A stretch of 64,000 bases of DNA from a virus: the IMG/VR virus record IMGVR_UViG_3300007351_000496, one strand, 5' to 3'. The notes under the pieces were generated by a model that did no database searches, had not been told where the DNA came from, and saw only the letters and a program-made list of their open reading frames with translations. Positions 56,863 to 64,000 of the stretch are shown here, piece after piece; the first letter of the stretch is position 1; each line of letters starts with the position of its first letter. The translations under genes and the position numbers were made by a program.

Positions 56863-57555
56863 ATGACGATTATATCAAATCAACTTAATGTAATCACAGC
56901 TTGTATCCGTCCTAATAATCTACCACTACTTGCTCAGTCGTTTGCAATCGCTAATAAACTTAAAATACCTATAAACTGGATAATAGTTATAGACGGTAGA
57001 TATGTTAGAGATACGGACCCTATTAAAAGAGTTGAAGAAATAGTTTCGAAAATAATTGATCCCAATTTAACTATTGTAATTCTATTAAATGACACCTACC
57101 TCAAAACATGGGAAAGTCCAATAAATTTAGCACTTGCACTGATTAAGTCAGGACTAGTTTGTATTGTTGATGATGACAATATCATGCATCCTGAGTTTAT
57201 ACAAACTGTGTATCCAATCTATCTTAAAGAACAATCTGTTGGCTTTGTTTTCCATCAATTAATGTCTATCGAAAAAGGTGGTAATCTCAAAGTTAGAATT
57301 GCCAAGTTTGCAAATCTAAAGCCAGACAAGTTTGATACTGCGCAGTTTGCAATAACTAGGGATCTCATCGGTGATTTAAAATGGTGCACGACATCGAATC
57401 AACCAGACGGTTTATTCATAAACACACTCTTTGAAGAGAAAAGAAATAAATTTAAAATTTTAGATAAAATCTTATCCTACTACAATTATCTACACCCAGG
57501 ATCATTTAGGCTTAGGGCCTATGCCGCCTCCAAAGAGGGGCCCAAGTCCACCTAG
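56863..57555 (+). CDS. GT-A fold glycosyltransferase (GT2-like)
   Basis: VITACIRP.NL, NWIIVID, CIVDDDNIMHP, DTAQF, DG.FI; start placed at ATG 56863. Confidence 0.75.
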   Translation: MTIISNQLNVITACIRPNNLPLLAQSFAIANKLKIPINWIIVIDGRYVRDTDPIKRVEEIVSKIIDPNLTIVILLNDTYLKTWESPINLALALIKSGLVCIVDDDNIMHPEFIQTVYPIYLKEQSVGFVFHQLMSIEKGGNLKVRIAKFANLKPDKFDTAQFAITRDLIGDLKWCTTSNQPDGLFINTLFEEKRNKFKILDKILSYYNYLHPGSFRLRAYAASKEGPKST

Positions 57556-57816
57556 ATTACTCATCAGTTTACTAATTAATTCAAGTTGCTTTACTTTTTC
57601 GTAAAGATCCTTAATACCTTGTGATACTTGATCAAAAACTTTGTTTGACCCCATAATAGTAGTGTCAAGCTGTTTTGTAGTTACATTGAGCGTGGCAACA
57701 TTTTCAGAATTTTTCTTCAGATTTTCATCTAATTTATCAATACGTTTTGATAATGCTTCTATACTGTTAATTAATGTTGTATAAAGTTCTTCAGATTCGT
57801 GACTTTTAGTTTCCAT
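57502..57816 (-). CDS. Coiled-coil hypothetical protein
   Basis: Heptad pattern over about 80 aa; GGAG RBS. Confidence 0.65.
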   Translation of the reverse strand: METKSHESEELYTTLINSIEALSKRIDKLDENLKKNSENVATLNVTTKQLDTTIMGSNKVFDQVSQGIKDLYEKVKQLELISKLMSNLGGLGPLFGGGIGPKPK

Positions 57817-57849
57817 TGCGTCTCCATATTAACGAATTTAATTAACTAA

Positions 57850-60519
57850 TTAAACGTTGGACGTTGAATCAGCTTTTTTTGTTCGCTTCTTTTTTGGTTT
57901 TTCCGTTGAAGCGACAGTTTCTTGCACAGCACCTTTATCCTCGGCCGAAACTTCCTCATCTTTTACAGTAGGAACTTCTGCTTGCTGCGCTTCTACAACA
58001 GATTCCTGTTGCGGATCCTGCCCTCCTTTGAGAACTAGAAGCATTCTATTCATCCATAGAATAGTAGTTTCTTCAAAGAAGAAAGCAGTTAATTCTTCAC
58101 CGCAAACTGAGGCCAATAGCGGGTGCAACTGTGCAATCACGACACTACTATCCTCGACTTGAGTCAAGTATTCGACCACTGGAGGAGACAGCCTGAGTTT
58201 TGTCTCCTCAGCTGCTTGAGTTGGAGTCACTTCGCCACTTTGGATTGCAACCTTCAGATATTCAAAGAATTGTGCAACTCTTGGTATTTCCTCCATTGGA
58301 TTGAAGTTTTGAAGATCTTCCTCGGTAAACTCTTCAGTCTCCTCCTCATCCTCCTCAGAGACATCGTCCTCTACCTCATCTTCCGATCCTGGAGCTTGCG
58401 TAGCTGGTTTTGTAGGAGCAGGGCTTGGATTTACCACTTTACCAGGAATCTGTCCTTTTGTTGCTGGAGGAACCCCCCCACCCATAAAGGTTTCAAGCAG
58501 CTTCTGTAGCAAGTTACCAACGCCCTGAGAAAGAACAGTTTTGGCCATATTAGCTGCAGAGTTATTTGGTAATTCATCGTCGTCAACGTCCATATTTAAT
58601 TCTTTAATCATATCGATTTGCAATCTTCGTTTTAGATAATCTTGCATTGCAGAGTCTAACGGATCTGCATCTTTCCGTGTTTCAAATGCATCAAGATCAT
58701 GCTTCATCTTTGTAATTTGCATTTGTGTTTGATGTTTAATCTTCTCTAACTCCATTTGCGCTTTTGTTTGCAACATTTTTGCTTCTGTTTCGGAATTTAG
58801 CTTAGCTATCGCTAATTCCATATGGAGCTGACTCTCTCGATTATTAACATTATTACTATAAACTTGTTCGAGTAACTTTTGTTGCATTTCCGTTTTCTGG
58901 GCTTCAATAGAACGGAAGCGATCCATTATCTCGATTTCACGATTTTTTGCTTCTGTTAGAGCTTCTATTTCTTTACGTCTAACATCTTCGTCTCGACGAC
59001 GCAATTCTTCACGCCACTTTTCTTCATCTCGGCGTTGTTGCTCTCGTCGCTCTTCCTCCCGCCGTTTAATCTCTTCATCGCGCAAGCGTTGTTCTTCTCG
59101 AACTTTTTCTTCTCGTTGTCGGGCTTCATCGCGAAGTTTCTCTTCTCGTAATCTAAACTCCTCCCTCATTTTTTCATACTCAAGACGAAGATTTGCTTCT
59201 CCCGTCATAGCAGCGGTGTGCTTAGATTCTAATGTATTTTTCATTTCCATCAGCATTTTTTGATGACGCTCTTCAGCATTACGCTGTTGTTCTAAAAATC
59301 GATCTTCCAATGATCGTTGATGATCTAACATCTCTCGCCGATTCTGCTCACGCTCACGGCGTTCTTTCTCAGCAAAATCTTCCTTAGCTTTGTCAGTTAC
59401 ACGAACAAGATCTTGCATACCTTGTATCAGACCAACCATTTGTTTATTCATATCAGAGAACTGATTGGCAGAAACATTTTCTTTAGAATTCTTACTATCC
59501 AACCACGACACAACAACCGGCGCAAATGCTTTAATCACGTCTGGAGTTAAAAAAGTATCAGGTTTTTTAGTAGTTGCTTCCTTAACCAAGTCAGCAATCT
59601 TATCGAATTTTGATTCGACTTTGGTGAGAATTTTCTCTTCTAACTCCTTGGCATCAAAATCATTTTTGATATCTCTCCTTAATCCGCGAGAGGGCATCTC
59701 ACCTATATGGTCAGAATATATTGGTCTAAAGTCATCATAGGGGCTCCGAAGTGAGTGTCTCGACCCAATTGGACGAAGTCTACGCCGAGGAGAAGGATCA
59801 AAATCAGCATCCCAATCCTCATCCTCATCATCATCTTCAAGTGAATTTATTTCAGGGGCCGGTTGAGGTTCAGGTTTTTTAGAATCATCATCTTTAGCAT
59901 CTTCCGGCATTGGTAGTTTAGGCAAACCAGCAATTTCAAAAGTTTTGGATCGGACATATTTTCCAGTCCCATCAACAATACGTATTTGATATTTTCCACC
60001 ACCATGTGTTTGTCCTATTTTTTCAATAATAATAGGAATAGTAGTTGGAAGATGGAATGCCTCTAAGTAACCGGAAATTTTCGTACCTTTCAGCATCTGA
60101 GGTTCTAATCGAAATACCATTAATTTATATTCACTAACATCTGGAGTATTCATCGTCTCCCATATTTCTCTAAATTGATTAGCCGCAGGATCTGTATCTT
60201 CGTCACCCACACCCATAGATTCCAATTGTTTTTTTGTCATAGAAGATTCCTTTTTCTCTGCTTTATTAATCGGACTAGTAGGAAGCGGAGTAAAACTACC
60301 TTTTGTTTTTTTTAAATCTTTTTCTTCAGGTTTAGGACTAACTTTTGCATCGGACGATTTAAAAATATCATCAAATGCTGTTGCATCATCTTCTCCTAAT
60401 TTAGAAAAATCTGCTTTTCCCAAGCCATCATCTATTTCACTTAATGAATCAAAAAAACTGTCGTTCATAATATTTTGTGTTGGATCAGTCACGTTTCTTT
60501 GCTTATCCTCTTCGGCCAT
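57850..60519 (-). CDS. Large coiled-coil protein (889 aa), possible scaffold or tape-measure
   Basis: Small GGGKYQIRI domain, E/R-rich coiled coil of about 250 aa, acidic linkers. Confidence 0.8.
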   Translation of the reverse strand: MAEEDKQRNVTDPTQNIMNDSFFDSLSEIDDGLGKADFSKLGEDDATAFDDIFKSSDAKVSPKPEEKDLKKTKGSFTPLPTSPINKAEKKESSMTKKQLESMGVGDEDTDPAANQFREIWETMNTPDVSEYKLMVFRLEPQMLKGTKISGYLEAFHLPTTIPIIIEKIGQTHGGGKYQIRIVDGTGKYVRSKTFEIAGLPKLPMPEDAKDDDSKKPEPQPAPEINSLEDDDEDEDWDADFDPSPRRRLRPIGSRHSLRSPYDDFRPIYSDHIGEMPSRGLRRDIKNDFDAKELEEKILTKVESKFDKIADLVKEATTKKPDTFLTPDVIKAFAPVVVSWLDSKNSKENVSANQFSDMNKQMVGLIQGMQDLVRVTDKAKEDFAEKERREREQNRREMLDHQRSLEDRFLEQQRNAEERHQKMLMEMKNTLESKHTAAMTGEANLRLEYEKMREEFRLREEKLRDEARQREEKVREEQRLRDEEIKRREEERREQQRRDEEKWREELRRRDEDVRRKEIEALTEAKNREIEIMDRFRSIEAQKTEMQQKLLEQVYSNNVNNRESQLHMELAIAKLNSETEAKMLQTKAQMELEKIKHQTQMQITKMKHDLDAFETRKDADPLDSAMQDYLKRRLQIDMIKELNMDVDDDELPNNSAANMAKTVLSQGVGNLLQKLLETFMGGGVPPATKGQIPGKVVNPSPAPTKPATQAPGSEDEVEDDVSEEDEEETEEFTEEDLQNFNPMEEIPRVAQFFEYLKVAIQSGEVTPTQAAEETKLRLSPPVVEYLTQVEDSSVVIAQLHPLLASVCGEELTAFFFEETTILWMNRMLLVLKGGQDPQQESVVEAQQAEVPTVKDEEVSAEDKGAVQETVASTEKPKKKRTKKADSTSNV

Positions 60520-60546
60520 AGTTCTACCTTAATTGCACTCTGCGCA

Positions 60547-61071
60547 TTACAAAATATCTTCCTTTGTTGAAGGCGTCGCTGAGACTACAGGAAGTTCAGT
60601 TGCAGGTAAGTTCGGTGGAGCTAATTCTGTATTAATAACCGGTAATTTCTTTGCTTCCTTATTTTCCACGGGTTGCTCCACTTTCACAGTTAATTCTGAA
60701 GGGGCTTCTTTTTGAGTTGAATCAGCAACAGGAGTAGACACGGAAACAGTAGAGGCTATTGCGCTTTGAATAGGTTGCGCGGCTTCCGTTTGTTGTTTTT
60801 TTAATTTCAACTTTTCAAAAACAGACAGTTTTGGCTGTTCATTCATAATTGGGACTCTGCCGGCAGCAAACATTTCAATTATTCCACCAATTGCCATACA
60901 ACCAGATTTAATTGAGCACTCTTCCATTTCTTCATTCCACAAAGCACATTGTTCCTCAACGCAGTGATGCCCACCACCAGCTTGTGCTTGGCTTTTATTA
61001 ACGTAAAAGCTAAAGAAACCAAAAGGACAGAATTTACTCGACATTAGTGTGATGCTAATGTAAAAGTACAT
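60547..61071 (-). CDS. Cys-motif hypothetical protein
   Basis: KFCPF..CVEEQCALW...CSI, then a low-complexity tail. Confidence 0.7.
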   Translation of the reverse strand: MYFYISITLMSSKFCPFGFFSFYVNKSQAQAGGGHHCVEEQCALWNEEMEECSIKSGCMAIGGIIEMFAAGRVPIMNEQPKLSVFEKLKLKKQQTEAAQPIQSAIASTVSVSTPVADSTQKEAPSELTVKVEQPVENKEAKKLPVINTELAPPNLPATELPVVSATPSTKEDIL

Positions 61072-61230
61072 AATTTGAAAGTTTTGGACAAATCTATCCG
61101 GTATAAGCTTGGTATTTCGAATGGTAAGAAATTAGATTTTTCTAAATAAATTCTTGTATATAAAAACCAAGTAATTGATTATATGTATCTTTTAAATTGA
61201 CAGAAATTGATTATTCAGTAACATAGAGAA

Positions 61231-61803
61231 ATGTCTTGGCTAACAGGCCCTCGCATTATTGACGAAGTGCACAATGGAAATATTAAAATTGAGCCTTTCA
61301 ATGAAACACAAATAAATCCTAATTCATACGATTATGTTTTAGGTGACGAAATAAAAATCTTAGAATGTAACTCGACACATTTTGATGGGGATCCTTTCCA
61401 TCCTCAGGGACATATGTGTGTTGATCCCCGAGTTCCTATGAAATGTGTAACCCACAAAATTCCAGGTATAGGATTTTTATTACGTCCAGGGAAAGCTTAT
61501 CTTGGTTATACAAAAGAAATTTTTGGTTCTGATAAATATGCTGGCGTCGTAACGGGTAAAAGTAGTATTGGCCGTTTATTTATTAAAAATCATGAATGTG
61601 CAGGTCTAATAGACCAAGGATTTTTTGGACATATTACGTTAGAAATTACTGTGCAACTTCCAACTTTGGTGTTTCCTGGCATGCGGTTCGGTCAAATAAG
61701 TTTTTACGAAGTGACAGGGGAACCTCTCTTATATAATGGCCGCTATAATAACTCCGAAATGAATAAAGCGACTCCTTCTCGAATGTACGAAGATTGGAGA
61801 TAA
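61231..61803 (+). CDS. dcd: dCTP deaminase
   Basis: IEPF...QINPNSYD, GKSSIGRL, AGLIDQGF.G.ITLEI, PGMRFGQI. Confidence 0.93.
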   Translation: MSWLTGPRIIDEVHNGNIKIEPFNETQINPNSYDYVLGDEIKILECNSTHFDGDPFHPQGHMCVDPRVPMKCVTHKIPGIGFLLRPGKAYLGYTKEIFGSDKYAGVVTGKSSIGRLFIKNHECAGLIDQGFFGHITLEITVQLPTLVFPGMRFGQISFYEVTGEPLLYNGRYNNSEMNKATPSRMYEDWR

Positions 61804-61804
61804 C

Positions 61805-61963
61805 ATGTCAAAATTTACTCCTCAACTTTTAGAGTTGCTTACAAAATTAACAGAAATTAGACTCCAAGTTGGAGAAGCTCAAGGTCAAGGATTTTTAATG
61901 AATGCTGAATATAATATTCGAATTTTTCTTGAGCTACAAGCAACCAAGGAGAATCCTAAATGA
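61805..61963 (+). CDS. Small hypothetical protein (52 aa)
   Basis: Fills the gap between dcd and 61960; GGAG RBS and ATGA coupling. Confidence 0.5.
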   Translation: MSKFTPQLLELLTKLTEIRLQVGEAQGQGFLMNAEYNIRIFLELQATKENPK

Positions 61964-62316
61964 AATTCGGATGGGTAACTAAGGTTGAAGATTTACGCAC
62001 CAGAGATAAGGCTCAGAAAGTTTCGTTTCGCCCAAAAGAACAAGTCATTGATGAAGTGACACAATTTATAACGAAGTATGAAAAAGATAATTATACTGTT
62101 TACAATTCCTATGTGTCACCTTATTCGGAAGTAGACGTGGTTGACCGGTTACAGATTAGACTCCCACTTAAAAATAATATCGAAGAAACATTAAAAGAGC
62201 TTAGTGAGTTTGATTTAGTTATTCTAAAGGCAAATACTGAGTCAATTATAGTAGATTTACATCAGAAAGATTTTGATTCCATATCATCGATTTTTAATTT
62301 AGCTAAAAGATGTTAG
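61960..62316 (+). CDS. Hypothetical protein
   Basis: 118-aa ORF with AAGGAG RBS. Confidence 0.7.
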   Translation: MKFGWVTKVEDLRTRDKAQKVSFRPKEQVIDEVTQFITKYEKDNYTVYNSYVSPYSEVDVVDRLQIRLPLKNNIEETLKELSEFDLVILKANTESIIVDLHQKDFDSISSIFNLAKRC

Positions 62317-62444
62317 AATAAAATAGTTAGTAGATGAGTGATTTTTGATAATGTAACATTTTAGGACCCCTCGAATGTTTTTCTTAAATCCTATCACCAA
62401 TAGCGTTTACATAATGTTACCTAGTAACCACCACCGAAAGAGCT

Positions 62445-63284
62445 TTACATGTTGTATTTTTTTCGCGTTTGACCTAATTCTTGTTGAAGATTAGCGGACA
62501 ATTCCGCAATATCAATTACCAACGCGCGTTTTGGAGTATCAAAACGAACAATTCTATTTCTGTCCTTAACTGCCGAATGATGTTTGCTTTGTTCTTTAAA
62601 AGTGCCCTTCTCAACTTTTGAATGTTTTTTCTTCCAAAAAGTAAAGAATGTCGGTAGATGAAGAGCAAGCTCATTTTCTTGAAATTTTATAGGTAGTTGC
62701 AAAGACCAGTTTTCTTCGATAAGTTGCGGTAGGTTACACAAAAATGCATCAAAACTAAGTCCATCAATCTCTGCAGTGGTTGAATAAGAATACTTCATAA
62801 GGGTTTTTCCTACACACATTAAATAGTTACCAAACAACCGTCGTTCGGCGAAATATTTGTCATCTTGTAAATCGCAAATAGAACGTAACTGATCATTGTT
62901 AGTAATCTCTATAATTTCTTTTATACGTTTTGTTATTAAACAATAGTTAGTATGAATTATATTTTTAACGATTAATGGGTCACATTTAATCCATTCACCA
63001 CGAGTTTCAAATAGAGTAGCCAGTTCCGTTTTAACACTTTGCTCTATTAAAAATGCTTCAAATTGCGTAAGACCTTTTATGATAATATCTAATTTATAGT
63101 CCTTAAGTGGATTACTATCATTATAGCGTTTCTCGCGTTCTATTACATTTTTAGTTTGTCCAATTTTTGTCCATTCTTTATAAGAAGGGGGATTTACCAC
63201 ATAAACACTCCATGTGTGTTTAGGTTCTTGAAATTGTAAACTCTCTACAGCCTCGATCGTTACATCTGTTACAAAAGTATCCAT
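62445..63284 (-). CDS. T5orf172/GIY-YIG-like domain protein
   Basis: VYVV, TKIGQT.N..ER...YN, IEQ.V, RGEWI. Confidence 0.7.
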   Translation of the reverse strand: MDTFVTDVTIEAVESLQFQEPKHTWSVYVVNPPSYKEWTKIGQTKNVIEREKRYNDSNPLKDYKLDIIIKGLTQFEAFLIEQSVKTELATLFETRGEWIKCDPLIVKNIIHTNYCLITKRIKEIIEITNNDQLRSICDLQDDKYFAERRLFGNYLMCVGKTLMKYSYSTTAEIDGLSFDAFLCNLPQLIEENWSLQLPIKFQENELALHLPTFFTFWKKKHSKVEKGTFKEQSKHHSAVKDRNRIVRFDTPKRALVIDIAELSANLQQELGQTRKKYNM

Positions 63285-63620
63285 GTTTCAATGGTAACTG
63301 AGTTTTTTAATAACACAACACTGTATTCTTAATTATAGGACTACGATATATTTCATATTCCTGAAGTAACGTCAGTAACACATTCGGAATGTATTCGTTA
63401 ATTTCATTAGTTACAAACACTTATCCTTGAAAAATACAAAAACACATTTCCAAAGGACACACACCCATCTAATTTTAGATGATGAAAGATATAAAAGTAT
63501 GGAGTTCCTGCTGATGCCATAAAACTGCTCTGGATCAACTAAGGTGATAAGTAAATCGATGTTAATTTTAAATTAAAAAATGATAAACTCCTGTAATCAC
63601 AACGGTTAACAAACACATTT

Positions 63621-63660
63621 CACTAGTTACTTCTAGTTACTTCTAGTTACTTCTAGTTAC
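63621..63660. repeat. Four direct 10-bp repeats (consensus TTCTAGTTAC)
   Basis: CACTAGTTAC followed by TTCTAGTTAC x3. Confidence 0.95.
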
Positions 63661-63697
63661 ACACTTAAATGTATCATTTTTACTATATATATATATT

Positions 63698-63722
63698 TAG
63701 TACTGTACAAGGTACAGTACTA
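63698..63722. repeat. Perfect 11-bp inverted repeat flanked by (TA)n
   Basis: TAGTACTGTAC-AAG-GTACAGTACTA. Confidence 0.9.
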
Positions 63723-63797
63723 TATATAGGTGTTATTTGTGTTGTATTTTCTGATTAAACCCTCAATTAATTTGATTCTTATTGGTTTCCGTGGAAT

Positions 63798-63830
63798 GTA
63801 ACACCTGGTTACGCCCATTGGTGATATAAT
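63798..63830 (+). promoter_or_regulatory. Extended -10 promoter with an upstream GTAAC-N5-GTTAC palindrome
   Basis: TGATATAAT at 63822-63830; inverted half-sites at 63798-63812. Confidence 0.55.
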
Positions 63831-63921
63831 CCTTCCAAAGCAGGTTTTAAAAAATCAATATAAGTCTAAATCTTGTTCTAATACCGCAGTATGTTATGTT
63901 AATGTTGTGGCAAATATTTAC

Positions 63922-64000
63922 ATGAACATTGCCGGTAACCGGCTAATACTTTCATTTGATTACAACCCACACATAAAAGATAAAATCAAAAAGATCCCTG
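63922..64000 (+). CDS. Partial CDS, possibly a HARP-like N-terminus of an SF2 helicase
   Basis: MNIAGNRLILSFDYNPHIKDKIKKIP, runs off the window end. Confidence 0.35.
   Translation, partial: MNIAGNRLILSFDYNPHIKDKIKKIP

Noticed and set aside
812-60715. Many short ORFs in the track that overlap longer genes (e.g. 812-1102, 5072-5341, 8145-8351, 8220-8432, 31751-32158, 38440-38640, 55252-55542, 57857-58162)
   Set aside because: They are antisense or out-of-frame shadows of well-supported genes or tRNAs, without recognisable motifs.
63621-63660. Mini-CRISPR or terminal repeat
   Set aside because: The 10-bp units are contiguous with no spacers, and sequence continues on both sides.
1-64000. Eukaryotic giant virus, archaeal Borg-like element or cellular chromosome
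   Set aside because: Shine-Dalgarno sites, TTGACA/TATAAT promoters, intrinsic terminators, an initiator-like bacterial tRNA and DnaX indicate bacterial machinery. The lack of housekeeping operons and the dominance of orphan genes argue against a chromosome.
1-64000. Alternative genetic code
   Set aside because: Conserved enzymes are full length under code 11, TAA, TAG and TGA all end genes, and no suppressor tRNA is seen.

Overview
This gene-dense, AT-rich window looks like part of the genome of a large bacterial virus or virus-like element, not a cellular chromosome. It has Shine-Dalgarno sites, sigma70-type promoters, intrinsic terminators and all three stop codons in use. No terminase, portal, HK97 capsid or tail genes are recognisable. 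The apparent structural genes are: two near-identical tandem ~185-aa beta-rich proteins (51260-52455) that I infer are single-jelly-roll major capsid proteins; three more beta-sandwich-like proteins (35142-38167); about 25 small proteins with a C-terminal membrane anchor; a collagen-like spike; two Arg/Lys-rich protamine-like proteins; a membrane-anchored transglutaminase-like protein; and an 889-aa coiled-coil protein. Many of these share short recurring motifs, x-[L/F/Y]-G-[Q/D/E] (often near the N-terminus) and [R/K]-N-P. Accessory genes include an amino-sugar and glycosylation cluster, three tRNAs (Met, Ala, Pro), two DnaK paralogs, a DnaX-like clamp loader, a trypsin-like protease, SpeE/SpeD, Fe/Mn SOD, a DNA methyltransferase, dCTP deaminase, NFACT-R, DUF502 and at least four homing-type endonucleases. 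The right end is a repeat-rich non-coding region that may be an origin. Best hypothesis: an unusually large tailless, internal-membrane, jelly-roll virus with its own glycosylation, polyamine and chaperone modules and a motif-based virion maturation or sorting system. All family and fold calls come from motif recognition by eye; no database or structure search was run.
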